A stretch of 64,000 nt of DNA from an uncultured Candidatus Binatia bacterium (GTDB lineage Bacteria; Desulfobacterota; Binatia; Bin18). Positions 30,604 to 41,181 of the stretch are shown piece by piece (positions within the stretch are counted from its first letter, which is position 1; every line of letters begins with the position of its first letter). The stretch covers positions 1,600,001 to 1,664,000 of the forward strand of contig OZ241744.1 of the NCBI GenBank assembly GCA_965200965.1, given 5' to 3'. The translations under genes were made by a program, and so were the position numbers. A model generated the notes under the pieces. The model saw only the letters and a program-made list of their open reading frames with translations. It was not told the DNA's origin and did not search any database.

Positions 30604-32043
30604 ATGGCAGGCGTCCCAGGAACACAGGAGCGGCTGGCCCTGGCAGACATAGAAGACCGACTGCGACGACTGCGGGGACGGTTTAACCGGTACACCTTTC
30701 AACACCGTGTGTACATGTTTGGGACGGCGCTGGCCCTGGTTGCCAGCGTCCTGATCGTATGCGCCTATAAGATAGATTTGGCCTCGTCCGTTTTTGCCTG
30801 GATCAGTTGGCCGCTCGGCCTCGGCCTGCTCGGCCTGCTCGTCTTGAGCCTGCGTCTCGGTATCCGGGAGTGGGCGAATACCGTCCTCGCCGCCCGCAGA
30901 GCCGATCAGCACGCTGGCCTGCAGGAACGCGTGTCAACCCTGGCCGCCCAACTCCAAGACGGCGCGGTCGGCAGAGAACCACCCTCCCGGCTGTGGCCGC
31001 ATCTGCTCGCCGATACCACCGCCCGGCTGTCCGAGTGGGAAATACCAAAGGTCGCCCCGGGCCGGATTCCGTGGACCATTCTGCCCCTGTTGGCCGCGCT
31101 TGGCGTGTTGAGCCTGACCGCCCTGATTCCGTCTTTATCTTCCAGTCAGCAGGACGATCCGTTCAGCTTAGTCAGCATGCAGTATCTGGCCCGGAATTTG
31201 CCTGAACGGATGACAAAGCTGCTTGACGAAAAAATGTCGCTTCTGCCGCCGGCGTCCGAAAACTGGGGCAAGAGCGGCATGTTCCCGCCCCAGGACACGC
31301 CGGCGACGACCAACGATCAAGAAGTCATCCCCAGTACGGCCAGTGACGACACGACCAACCCGGCCCTGCAAACCCTGGCCTCGCTGTCGGAGGAACTCCA
31401 GCAGTCGATCCGGGACACCCTGCACGGCTTGTCGATTCCGCCCAGTCCAGAGCGGTCCGACGCGCCCCCCACGCCTCCCCTCCCGGAGCGAGAGATCGAC
31501 GGCCTGCGGCTGGCCAACACGCCCAAAGACGAGGCCGACTTTCCGGTTCAGGGCACGGACAGGCCCCGGGGCGGCCGCACGCGTGAAGCAACCCGGACGG
31601 ACGGTCCGGCCATGGCCGGCCAAGCCGGTCCCGGAGCCCAGGCACCGGCCCGGGGCAGCGGCTTGCGGCAACTCAGCCAAGCTCGCCTGGACCGGAAAAA
31701 CGCGCCCGGCAGCTTTCAACCCCAGACCCCGCCAATGCCGGGCAGTGGCGGCAGCACGGGCGGGGCGGGTGCCGGCAGCGGAACAGACTCAAACCTGTTT
31801 GGCAAGAGGACCACTCCGGGCAACGATGGGCAGACCTTTCAGTTATCGCTGGACAGCACCTATGAACTCACCCGGGGTGGCGACGGCGAGCCGGTCAAGT
31901 ACGAGGGTGAACTCCCGCCCAGCAAATCGCGCCGCAAGCTGAGCCAACAGCAGTCCTTGGACGACGCCATCCGCAAGGCCAAGATCCCGCCTGAGTACGA
32001 AGCCATTGTCAAACATCTATTTTCCCGAGGGGAGTCGAGATGA
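30604..32043 (+). CDS. Membrane protein with low-complexity C-terminus (MoxR-operon associated)
   Basis: Three TM segments, AARRAD..GLQERVST, Gly/Pro-rich tail, IPPEYEAIVKHLF. Confidence 0.75.
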   Translation: MAGVPGTQERLALADIEDRLRRLRGRFNRYTFQHRVYMFGTALALVASVLIVCAYKIDLASSVFAWISWPLGLGLLGLLVLSLRLGIREWANTVLAARRADQHAGLQERVSTLAAQLQDGAVGREPPSRLWPHLLADTTARLSEWEIPKVAPGRIPWTILPLLAALGVLSLTALIPSLSSSQQDDPFSLVSMQYLARNLPERMTKLLDEKMSLLPPASENWGKSGMFPPQDTPATTNDQEVIPSTASDDTTNPALQTLASLSEELQQSIRDTLHGLSIPPSPERSDAPPTPPLPEREIDGLRLANTPKDEADFPVQGTDRPRGGRTREATRTDGPAMAGQAGPGAQAPARGSGLRQLSQARLDRKNAPGSFQPQTPPMPGSGGSTGGAGAGSGTDSNLFGKRTTPGNDGQTFQLSLDSTYELTRGGDGEPVKYEGELPPSKSRRKLSQQQSLDDAIRKAKIPPEYEAIVKHLFSRGESR

Positions 32044-33110
32044 GCGAAACGCTGAGCCAACCCGCGAGTGAAGTTCCCGCGGCCGGCCTCGTGGTCGAGT
32101 TCCAGGAAACGTTTCGCCGCATCCAGTCGGAAGTGGCTCGGATCGTTGTTGGCCATGACGAACTGATTGAAAACATCTTGATCACCTTTTTTGCCGGCGG
32201 CCATGTCCTGATCGAAGGGGTGCCGGGAACGGGCAAGACGCTGATCGTCCGCTCGCTGGCCGAAGCACTGAACCTCAGTTTCAGCCGGATTCAGTTTACG
32301 GTTGACCTGATGCCGGCCGATGTCACTGGCACGCGTATGGTGATGGACAGCGAGGACGGCCGGCGCGAGTTTACGTTTGTCCCCGGACCGATCTTCTCCC
32401 ACGTCCTGCTGGCCGACGAGATCAACCGCTCCACCCCAAAAACCCAAGCCGCGCTGCTTGAGGCGATGGCCGAACTCCAGGTAACGGTGGCCGGCACTAC
32501 CCACCGCTTGGCACCGCCCTTTTTTGTCCTGGCGACGCTCAACCCAATTGAGATGGAGGGCACCTATCCGCTGCCCGAAGCCCAACTCGACCGTTTTTTC
32601 TTCAAGGTTCGCCTGCGCTACCCGACCCACCAGGAAGTCCAGCGTATTATCAGCGCGACCACAGCGACCGAACTGCCCGAAATTCAGCCGGTCTTTGCGC
32701 AGGACGCGGCCGCGGAAAAAATCATGGCGCTGCGCCACCTCGTGCGTGAAGTCATTGTCGCCCCGCACATAGAAGAATATATCGCTGCCCTGATTCATGC
32801 CACCATTCCGGCCGAAGCGAACTATATGAGTCCCGAGGATAAGGCCACAGTCACGCTGCCTAAAGACGACAAGATCAACCGCTACGTCTCGTTTGGTTCA
32901 AGCCCGCGCGGTGGCCAAACCCTGATGCTGGGGGCAAAAGTCGTGGCTCTGCTGAACGGCAGGGCCAATGTCAGCTACGACGATGTAAACCGGGTTGCCG
33001 GCCCGACGCTCAACCATCGCCTAGTGCTCAATTTTGCGGCTGAGGCGGATAACGTTGATCCTAATAGCCTGATTGAGCGCATCCTCAAAAGCGCGCGTAA
33101 ACTTCAATAG
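32040..33110 (+). CDS. MoxR family AAA+ ATPase
   Basis: GHVLIEGVPGTGKT, RIQFTVDLMPAD, LLADEINR, NPIEMEGTYPLPEAQLDRF, SPRG. Confidence 0.96.
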   Translation: MSETLSQPASEVPAAGLVVEFQETFRRIQSEVARIVVGHDELIENILITFFAGGHVLIEGVPGTGKTLIVRSLAEALNLSFSRIQFTVDLMPADVTGTRMVMDSEDGRREFTFVPGPIFSHVLLADEINRSTPKTQAALLEAMAELQVTVAGTTHRLAPPFFVLATLNPIEMEGTYPLPEAQLDRFFFKVRLRYPTHQEVQRIISATTATELPEIQPVFAQDAAAEKIMALRHLVREVIVAPHIEEYIAALIHATIPAEANYMSPEDKATVTLPKDDKINRYVSFGSSPRGGQTLMLGAKVVALLNGRANVSYDDVNRVAGPTLNHRLVLNFAAEADNVDPNSLIERILKSARKLQ

Positions 33111-33123
33111 GTCGGATTCGCCC

Positions 33124-34032
33124 GTGGCCAGCCTCGATTCCGCTTTTTTTAAGACCCTGAATCGGTTTCACATTCGCGTCCGAACGGCGCGCGGCAACCG
33201 TCCTGGTGAAACCCCGATTCCCCGCACCGGCCAAGCCTCGGGCATCGAGTTTGAATCCTTCAAGGAATACTCGCCCGGGGACGATTTTCGACATCTGGAC
33301 TGGAACGCCCTGGGCCGGCTCAATCAACTCATGGTTCGAACCTTTACCGCCGAACGCGAGATTCCGTTCCACCTCTTCCTCGATACCAGCGCCTCGATGG
33401 GTGTGCCGGCCGCGGACGAGAAATTCAGGTTTGCGCTGGAGGTGATGTCAGCCCTGAGCTATGTCGTACTGGCCAGCAATAACACCGTGCGGCTGATTGC
33501 TCTGACCGTCGCCGACACAAACACGCCTCCTTTTCGGGCTACCCCGTTTCTGCGCCACCGCAATCGGTTTTTCCGTGTCGCTCCGTTTCTGGACAGCCTG
33601 TCTGCGGTCGGCAAGACCTATCTGCGAGAATCCCTCCGAGCCTATATCGGTCAAACCCTGGAACCCGGGGTGGCGATCATCATCTCGGATTTCATGACGC
33701 CGGCCGGCCACTACGAAGAGTCCCTGGCTTTTCTCAAAGCGCGCGGCTATGAGGTCAAAGTGATCCATGTCTTGGGTGCCGGCGAGTTGGAACCCAGGCA
33801 GCTCTTTCGACGCGGCAAACTGTACGATGTTGAAGACGGGGCCGAGCGCTGGATTACCCTCAGCGAGGCCAATCTGCGCCGCTACCAGGAACTCCTCCAG
33901 GCCCACCTCAGCGCCGTGCGCGACTTTTGTCACCAACACCAGATGCTGTACAGCCAGGTATCGACACACCAAACAGTGACGAGCGTGGTCAGCCAGGAAC
34001 TCACCCGGACCGGGCTGCTGACCCTACGCTAA
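33124..34032 (+). CDS. DUF58 vWA-like protein
   Basis: GIEFESFKEYSPGDDFRHLDWN, LDTSASM, IISDF; GTG start assumed. Confidence 0.9.
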   Translation: MASLDSAFFKTLNRFHIRVRTARGNRPGETPIPRTGQASGIEFESFKEYSPGDDFRHLDWNALGRLNQLMVRTFTAEREIPFHLFLDTSASMGVPAADEKFRFALEVMSALSYVVLASNNTVRLIALTVADTNTPPFRATPFLRHRNRFFRVAPFLDSLSAVGKTYLRESLRAYIGQTLEPGVAIIISDFMTPAGHYEESLAFLKARGYEVKVIHVLGAGELEPRQLFRRGKLYDVEDGAERWITLSEANLRRYQELLQAHLSAVRDFCHQHQMLYSQVSTHQTVTSVVSQELTRTGLLTLR

Positions 34033-34056
34033 GACAGTGGGCCGAGGACGCATGTC

Positions 34057-35943
34057 ATGGGTATTTTAAATCCCGCCGCCCTGCCGCTTTTTGCCCTGTT
34101 GGGTATTCTGGTCCTGGTCTACCTGCGGGAACGCTGGCGGAAACAGGTCGAGGTGTCCAGCCTGATGTTCTGGCGCGAAATCAGGGAGGATACCGTCCGT
34201 GTTCGGCGATTTTTTCCGAGCCTGCTGTTTCTGATTCAAGCCCTGCTGCTCCTCCTGTTGCTGAGCGGCCTGCTACACCCCTACCGCCCCCAGACGGTCA
34301 CTGAGGTCCGGGGCCACCGACACATTCTGGTCTTTGATGTATCGGCCAGTATGCAGGTCCGCGAGGGCAATACCCAGCGCTTTAGCTTGGCCCGCGAGCA
34401 GGCCACCCAGGTCGTGCGCTCCCTCGGACCGCTGGACGAGGTGATGCTGATCCGCGTGGCAGCCCGCCCCCGGGTGGTCAGCGGCTTCACCACCGACCAC
34501 CGGGTCTTTCTGCACCTGCTCGAATCGTTGCAGCCCGAAGACAGCACAACCAATCTCGACCTGGGGGTCGGGCTGGCCCTGGCTCAGCGCGACCGAACTG
34601 GACACCGGGCCAGCGTCCATGTCTTCACCGACGTGCCGCAGACCCAACTCAGCCTGTCCCAAGATCAACTGACGAATCTGGTGTATCATCAGGTCGGTCG
34701 CAACGATGATAATATCGCGCTGGCCGCGCTCAACCTGCACCAAAATCCGTTCCAGCACTACTCGCAGGCCCGCGCCTATATTTTGGTCCGCAATTATGCC
34801 TCGCGCACCAAGCGCGGCACCCTGACGGTCCACCTGAACGAGCGCCAGATCTTTCACCGGGCGTTCAGCCTGCCGTCCCGAGAAACCGCGTCCTTTTCGG
34901 TCAGCGACTTTCCCGAGGCCGGCCAGCTGGTCGCCCGCCTCAGCCCCGGCGACGGCCTGGCGGTTGACAACCAAGCTCTGGCCTGGGTAGCCCAGGGGCG
35001 TGAGCGTCGCCTCGTCCTGGTCTCGGCCACCGCCAGCCTGCGCCGCGAACTGCAGCAGGTCAGCCGCTCAATTCCGAACCTCAGCCTTACCGCGATCACG
35101 CCGGAGGAGTTTTCCACCCTCAGTCTGGACGCCCAGGATATCATCCTGTTTCACCAGTTTGTCCCCAGCCCGGCGGTTGTCGCCAGCAGTTTGTACGTCT
35201 TCCCCCCCCTGAACAATCCGCTCTTTCCGGTCGTTGCCGAAGCAGAAGACCTGAGCATCCTGGACTGGCGCGAAAGCCACCAGATCCTGCACAACCTCCA
35301 GTATGTTGACGCCCTGCCGCTCAAGAAAGCCCGTGTGCTGGCCCTGCCGTCGTGGGCCCAGGTCTTGATCTCGTCTCGGACCGATACCGGCGAAGTGCCG
35401 CTGGCGTTGACCGGTGAAAAAGATGGCTACCGGGTGGTGTGCCTGGCCTTTGACCTGGGCCGGGGGAATCTGACCGACTCCGATAATCTGAGCCTGCTGC
35501 TCCTTTTTCTGAACGCGGTGCGTTGGTTGCTGCCACCAGACCCCAGCGTACCGGCCCTGACCACGCCCGGTGAGACCTTCTTTGTGCCGGCCTCTGTTGC
35601 CGTTGAAACGCTTGAGCTGACCCTGCCCAACGGCGAAACGCGACCGGCCAAAGCCGCCGCAATTGAGATTCCACATGTGGGTGCCTACCGGCTGCAAAAC
35701 GGCGACTACCAAGCCATATGGTACGCCAACCTGTTTGACGAAATCGAGTCGGACATCGGACGCTACGCTCAACCCGATCGGAGTTCAGAGACGGTTTCAA
35801 CGCTCCTGGAGACCTCCGAGGCTCCCCAAGAGGTCAGTCGCACGATGCCGATTGAGTTTGGCCAATTGCTGTATTACGCCGCGGCAGCGCTGCTGTTTGT
35901 AGAATGGCTATACGCGCTGTGGTGCTATGCGAGGGCACAATGA
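34057..35943 (+). CDS. BatA-N / vWA domain membrane protein
   Basis: N-terminal double TM with VSSLMFW, MIDAS FDVSASM, VFTD, DGLAVDN, C-terminal LFVEW TM. Confidence 0.88.
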   Translation: MGILNPAALPLFALLGILVLVYLRERWRKQVEVSSLMFWREIREDTVRVRRFFPSLLFLIQALLLLLLLSGLLHPYRPQTVTEVRGHRHILVFDVSASMQVREGNTQRFSLAREQATQVVRSLGPLDEVMLIRVAARPRVVSGFTTDHRVFLHLLESLQPEDSTTNLDLGVGLALAQRDRTGHRASVHVFTDVPQTQLSLSQDQLTNLVYHQVGRNDDNIALAALNLHQNPFQHYSQARAYILVRNYASRTKRGTLTVHLNERQIFHRAFSLPSRETASFSVSDFPEAGQLVARLSPGDGLAVDNQALAWVAQGRERRLVLVSATASLRRELQQVSRSIPNLSLTAITPEEFSTLSLDAQDIILFHQFVPSPAVVASSLYVFPPLNNPLFPVVAEAEDLSILDWRESHQILHNLQYVDALPLKKARVLALPSWAQVLISSRTDTGEVPLALTGEKDGYRVVCLAFDLGRGNLTDSDNLSLLLLFLNAVRWLLPPDPSVPALTTPGETFFVPASVAVETLELTLPNGETRPAKAAAIEIPHVGAYRLQNGDYQAIWYANLFDEIESDIGRYAQPDRSSETVSTLLETSEAPQEVSRTMPIEFGQLLYYAAAALLFVEWLYALWCYARAQ

Positions 35944-38603
35944 GCTACGATATCTTTGGACGCAGCTATGTCTTCTTTGACCCAGGCTGGTTCTGGCTGT
36001 TGGCCCTGCTCCCGTTGCTGTGGCTCCCGCTCTTCTGGCAGCGCGGCCGGGGCGTGTTATTCAGCGCCGTTGTCCTCCGAACCCTGGCCGCGGTCGCCCT
36101 GGTTGCCGCCCTGGCCGGCCTCAACCTCCAGACCACCCTGTCCGAGCATACCCTCGCCCTTGTAGCGGCCCTTGATACGTCCGACAGCATCTCGCGGGAG
36201 GGCCGCCGGTGGATGAACGACTACCTGGCCCAGCTGCGCGGCTATCTGACCGCCGACGACGAGTTTGCCGCGCTGGCATTTGCCACCGACACCACCCTGC
36301 TCGTCCCGCCCGGGCCACCGACCTCGGTCAGCCTAAGCCTTGACCCGGACGAGACCCACACCGGCGGCGGGACCAATATCGCCGAAGCCCTGGAGCGGGT
36401 GTTTGCTCTCTACCCCGAGCAGGCCCAAAAGCGCCTGCTGCTGCTGACCGACGGCAATGAGACAAGCGGTTCGGCCCGCCAGCATGTAGCCCTGGCGCGC
36501 CAAATGGGCGTGACTATTTTCCCGGTCATCCCGCCCTCGGGGCAACAGCCCGAAATCTCCCTGGAGAAATTCGTCACCCCCCCCCTGGTGCGCGAGGGTA
36601 GCGTGTTTACCCTGCGTTTGGTGGTCCGCAACGGGAATACACAGACGGCTGGGGGCCGGGTGATCATCCACGCCAACAGGGACCGGCTGACCAGCCAGGC
36701 GGTACAGCTCGGGCCCGGCCTGTCGGTTTTTGAAGTCCCAGCCCAGATCATGCAGCCCGGCAACTATCTGCTGCGGGTCGAGATCAAGGCCAAGCCGGAT
36801 ACCGTAGCCGGCAATAACCGCCAACACGCCACCCTAGCCGTCTCGGGCAAGGTGCGCTCCCTGATCATTACCGACAACCCGCGTACCCACTTGGCCCGCG
36901 CCCTCCAGCTCAAGGAAGTCGATATTGAGTTTCGCCGTCCCGAGGGCTTACCGACCAGGTTGTCAGATCTGCTCAATTACCACTGCCTGGTGTTTGACGA
37001 TATCGGTCGGGGCGGTATCACCGACCGACAGATGCGCGTTATCGAGCGCTATGTGCGCGATTTTGGTGGCGGCTTTCTGATGGCCGGCGGCACCCGCTCT
37101 TTTGGCGATCTGGCCTTTCGAGATACGCCGGTTGAGCGAATCCTACCCATCACCTTCCAGGAGCAACCGCCGCCCAAACCCCAAAAGCTCAAAAAGAAAC
37201 GCATCCCGATTGCGCTCTTCCTCATCATCGATCGCTCCAACAGCATGGGCTACAACAGCAAGGTCCGGGGGCTGCATGACGGCCAGAAAATGCACTACGC
37301 GCAACAGGCGGCCCTGGCCGTACTGCGTCAACTCAAGGATAACGATCTGGCCGGGGCAGTCGCATTTGATTCAGAAGCCTACGTCCTGTCCACCCTGAAA
37401 CCCCTGTCCCAGAATCGAGGCGAGTTGAACGACAAGATCGAACGCCTCCAGTACGGGGGCGGCACCGACTTTTTCAGAGCCCTGGAAATGGCGGCTGACC
37501 AGTTGGGACGGACCCGTCGGACGATCCGCCACATTATCCTCCTGACCGACGGGGACACCAACCGCAGCCCCGCCGACCATTACCCCTTGATCAATCTGAT
37601 TACCCAGCGGCAGATTTCGATTACCACGATCCGCATCGGGGCGGACACCGTCAATCTTCGGCTGTTGTCCTATATGTCCGAAAAAACCAAGGGGCGTTTC
37701 TATCATGTCTCCGATGTGACAAAGCTCCCCCAGCTGCTGGTCAAAGACACCAGGCAGACCATCGGCGAGGACGACGAGGAAGATGAAGAGGAGCAGGGAC
37801 CCAAAGAGATCCAGCCCCTGGTCGGGGTCCGCGGCCAGATTCTGCGCGGCTTGAAGGACTTTCCCGACCTTGACGAATACATGCTCACCAACCCCAAGCA
37901 AGGGGCAAAGGTTCAGCTCTATACCGATGCCAAAGAAGAACGCGACCCGATTCTGGCCACCTGGCAGTACGGGCTTGGTAAGGTCGTGGCCGTCACCTTT
38001 GACCCCAGCGGCAGCGGGGCGGGCGAGTGGATTCGCTGGCCGGGTTTCGGCAAGTTCTGGTCGCAGGCCGTGCGCTGGTCAATGCGAGACGAGGCCGCCT
38101 GGGAGTATCGGATCAGTACGCCCCAGCGGCACAACCGGACCGTGCTGCGGGTTGAGTCGTATGACAGCGACCAGAGCGGCCTGTTACAGGCCCGCCTGCC
38201 CCGAGGCTCAACCAGTGATCTCATCACCCTGATGCCGGTCGCCCCGCGGGTGTATGAGGCGGTCATGGCACGGCGGCACCAGGGGAGTTTTCCGGTCACG
38301 CTCATCAAGCGCAAAGGCGGCAAAGTCGTCAACCAGAAGACCCAAACCGTAATGGTGAGCCGCACGGCCGATGCCTCACTCGACGAGTACCGCCAGCAGC
38401 ACCCCAACCGCGCCCTGCTCCGCGCCCTGGCCGAGGGCAGCGGTGGCAAGCTCAACCCCAACCCCCAAGAACTGGTTGCCCAAAAGCGGGAGGGCAAACG
38501 CAAGCATCTGCATCCGATGGACAACATCATGATTATTGCCGCGGTCTTCCTGCTCCTCGGAGACATCAGCCTGCGCACCCTGTTCGGGCCACCGGCCGAA
38601 TAG
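35940..38603 (+). CDS. Double-vWA / glutamine-amidotransferase-like membrane protein
   Basis: MIDAS LDTSDSI and IDRSNSM, LLTDGNE, GGGFLMAGG, PILATWQYGLGK, C-terminal TM. Confidence 0.88.
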   Translation: MSYDIFGRSYVFFDPGWFWLLALLPLLWLPLFWQRGRGVLFSAVVLRTLAAVALVAALAGLNLQTTLSEHTLALVAALDTSDSISREGRRWMNDYLAQLRGYLTADDEFAALAFATDTTLLVPPGPPTSVSLSLDPDETHTGGGTNIAEALERVFALYPEQAQKRLLLLTDGNETSGSARQHVALARQMGVTIFPVIPPSGQQPEISLEKFVTPPLVREGSVFTLRLVVRNGNTQTAGGRVIIHANRDRLTSQAVQLGPGLSVFEVPAQIMQPGNYLLRVEIKAKPDTVAGNNRQHATLAVSGKVRSLIITDNPRTHLARALQLKEVDIEFRRPEGLPTRLSDLLNYHCLVFDDIGRGGITDRQMRVIERYVRDFGGGFLMAGGTRSFGDLAFRDTPVERILPITFQEQPPPKPQKLKKKRIPIALFLIIDRSNSMGYNSKVRGLHDGQKMHYAQQAALAVLRQLKDNDLAGAVAFDSEAYVLSTLKPLSQNRGELNDKIERLQYGGGTDFFRALEMAADQLGRTRRTIRHIILLTDGDTNRSPADHYPLINLITQRQISITTIRIGADTVNLRLLSYMSEKTKGRFYHVSDVTKLPQLLVKDTRQTIGEDDEEDEEEQGPKEIQPLVGVRGQILRGLKDFPDLDEYMLTNPKQGAKVQLYTDAKEERDPILATWQYGLGKVVAVTFDPSGSGAGEWIRWPGFGKFWSQAVRWSMRDEAAWEYRISTPQRHNRTVLRVESYDSDQSGLLQARLPRGSTSDLITLMPVAPRVYEAVMARRHQGSFPVTLIKRKGGKVVNQKTQTVMVSRTADASLDEYRQQHPNRALLRALAEGSGGKLNPNPQELVAQKREGKRKHLHPMDNIMIIAAVFLLLGDISLRTLFGPPAE

Positions 38604-38637
38604 CCGGCCCGCATCAACAAGAGGATCAAGCAAGGCA

Positions 38638-38949
38638 ATGAAACGTAGGTTCCTGGGCTTGGCGTGGTGTCTGACGCTTGGCGCGTGTTCGCTGTGGCCT
38701 TTTGGCCCAGAAAACGCAGACCACCTCATCGGCCGGCGGTACATCGAAGAGAATGTCCGCTCAGAGATGCCGGTCTACGCCAGCCCACAAGACGTGGAGC
38801 CCAGAGAGGGAGACGTGGTCGTCAAGCCGGGCCTGTTCGCCCGCCTGAACCCCTTCGCCGATTCGGACGACGAAGACGAGGAAGCACCCGGCCCACCCCC
38901 TGGGGCCGAAGACGACGACAGCCTGTTCCGTCGCTTCCTGCCGTTTTAG
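38638..38949 (+). CDS. Small acidic lipoprotein
   Basis: MKRRFLGLAWCLTLGAC lipobox; repeated LFARLNPF / LFRRFLPF around an acidic stretch. Confidence 0.65.
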   Translation: MKRRFLGLAWCLTLGACSLWPFGPENADHLIGRRYIEENVRSEMPVYASPQDVEPREGDVVVKPGLFARLNPFADSDDEDEEAPGPPPGAEDDDSLFRRFLPF

Positions 38950-38955
38950 GGGAAC

Positions 38956-41181
38956 ATGGTGATGGTCAGGCTCAGCGACCAGGAGAAGCAGGAGGTCGTC
39001 CGCTACTTGGAGGCGGACCGCCCTTTGCCGGACAAGTACCGCTTCCTGCTGTTTGAGGACAAGCGCGAAGTCGAGTTAGTCTGGAATGGCAAGACTCACG
39101 AAGTCTGCACTATCGTGCTGCCATTTCAGACCATTGAGCACGTCGATGAGCCACGGGCGGAAAAACCAGAGGACACCAAAGCCCAGATGGCCCTGTTTGA
39201 TGCGCGGGGAAGACAGCGAAAAGGCTGGACCAACAAGCTCATCTGGGGCGATAACAAGCTGATTCTGTCGTCCCTGAAGGACGGGCCGCTCCGCGGGGAG
39301 ATTGAGCAGCAGGGCGGCCTCAAGCTGATCTACATCGATCCGCCCTTCGACGTAGGCGCGGATTTTTCAATGGACATTGAGGTGGGCGGCGATACGCTCA
39401 CCAAAAGGCCCAACATCCTGGAAGAAATAGCTTACCGCGATACCTGGGGCAAAGGCGCAGATTCCTTCATCGCCATGATCTATGAGCGGCTGGTGCTGAT
39501 GCGGGATCTGCTGGCCGAGGACGGCAGCATCTATGTGCATTGTGACTGGCGCCTTGACCACCACATTCGTGAAGTTCTGGATGAAGCGTTCGGCGAGAGC
39601 GGGTATAGAAACACGCTTGGGTGGCGGAGAGACGCAGCAGGAAAAGGAGCAAAGGGGAAATCACGCCAATTACCGCGCAACACCGACACGATTCTGTTCT
39701 ATTCTAAATCCAAGGGATGGATATTCAATCAGCCGTTCAAAGCTCTCAATAAAGATCAAGAGGCTGCCTACCGCTATACCGAAAAGGATACCGGACGACT
39801 CTATAAAGCCGTACAACTGGGGGACTATTCCGAAAAATCTATCGCTAAAATGGAGTCCGAAGGACTCATTCATGTATCTAGCACTGGTCAGAAGTACAAA
39901 AAATACTATCTGGACGAAGCCCAGGCTGCCGTTGATTCCCTTTGGACAGACATTCTTGGATTTGGGACACGCACAGCATCAGGTGAAATTACTGGCTACG
40001 CGACTCAAAAACCCGAAGCCCTGCTTGAACGCATCATCAAAGCCTCGTCCAACGAAGGCGACCTTGTTGCCGACTTCTTCTGCGGCTCGGGTACTATGGC
40101 CGCAGTGGCGGAAAAGCTGGGCCGCAAGTGGATGTGCGCTGACCTCGGCAAATTCGCCATTCACACCACACGCAAACGCATGATCGGCGTACAGCGGCAG
40201 TTGAAAGCCGAGGGCAGGGACTACCGCGCCTTTGAAATCCTCAACCTCGGCAAGTACGAACGGCAGCACTTTGTCGGCCTCAACCCCAACCTGCGCGAGG
40301 AAGAACAGCGGCATCAGGCAGAGGCAAAGGAAACCGCCTTCCTTGACCTGATTCTCAAAGCCTACCGGGCGGAGCGGGTGGAAAACTTTGCCGCCTTCCA
40401 CGGCACAAAGGCCGGCCGGCTTGTCACTGTGGGGCCGGTGAATCTGCCCGTCACCCGGCTGTTTGTGGAAGAGATCATGCTTGAGTGTCGGAAAAAGCGC
40501 ATCACCAAGGTGGACATTCTCGGCTTCGAGTTCGAGATGGGCCTGTTCCCCAATGTCCTCGACGAGGCGCGGGCCAAGGGTATTGACATCGCGCCCAAGT
40601 ACATCCCTGCCGAGGTTTTCGACAAGCGGGCGGTAGAGAAGAACCAGGTCGTCTTTCACGATGTATCGTTCATTGAGGTCAGGCCGCGTGTCAAAACCGG
40701 CAAGAAAACCCAGCCGGCCACGGTGGCAATTGAACTGACAGACTTCTCGGTGTTCTACTCGCAGGACTCGATTGCCAACGCTGAGGCCGCACTCACGGCA
40801 AGCACCAAGGCCGGCAGCAAGATCGTGGTTGAACACGGCCAGATTGTCAGGCTGTCCAAAGACGGGAGCGGCAGTGTCACCCGCGAGCCGCTGACCCGCC
40901 ATTGGACGGACTGGATTGACTACTGGTCTGTAGACTTTGATTTTGAGAGCAAACGTGAGATCATCAGCGTACAGAATCCTGAAACAGGGGCAATTGAAGA
41001 ACAGTGGACCGGAGATTTCATCTTCGAGAACGAGTGGCAGAGCTTCCGCACCAGAAAAGACCGCCGTCTGGAGTTGACAAGCGTCGCCCACGAATGCCGC
41101 CCGGGTCGGCGCAAAATTGCGGTGAAGGTCGTGGACATCTTCGGCAATGACACCATGACCATCGTAGAGGTAACGGTGTGA
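38956..41181 (+). CDS. mod: Type III R-M methyltransferase subunit Mod (beta class)
   Basis: NKLIWGDN, IYIDPPF, YATQKPE, DFFCGSGT; res gene downstream. Confidence 0.92.
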   Translation: MVMVRLSDQEKQEVVRYLEADRPLPDKYRFLLFEDKREVELVWNGKTHEVCTIVLPFQTIEHVDEPRAEKPEDTKAQMALFDARGRQRKGWTNKLIWGDNKLILSSLKDGPLRGEIEQQGGLKLIYIDPPFDVGADFSMDIEVGGDTLTKRPNILEEIAYRDTWGKGADSFIAMIYERLVLMRDLLAEDGSIYVHCDWRLDHHIREVLDEAFGESGYRNTLGWRRDAAGKGAKGKSRQLPRNTDTILFYSKSKGWIFNQPFKALNKDQEAAYRYTEKDTGRLYKAVQLGDYSEKSIAKMESEGLIHVSSTGQKYKKYYLDEAQAAVDSLWTDILGFGTRTASGEITGYATQKPEALLERIIKASSNEGDLVADFFCGSGTMAAVAEKLGRKWMCADLGKFAIHTTRKRMIGVQRQLKAEGRDYRAFEILNLGKYERQHFVGLNPNLREEEQRHQAEAKETAFLDLILKAYRAERVENFAAFHGTKAGRLVTVGPVNLPVTRLFVEEIMLECRKKRITKVDILGFEFEMGLFPNVLDEARAKGIDIAPKYIPAEVFDKRAVEKNQVVFHDVSFIEVRPRVKTGKKTQPATVAIELTDFSVFYSQDSIANAEAALTASTKAGSKIVVEHGQIVRLSKDGSGSVTREPLTRHWTDWIDYWSVDFDFESKREIISVQNPETGAIEEQWTGDFIFENEWQSFRTRKDRRLELTSVAHECRPGRRKIAVKVVDIFGNDTMTIVEVTV

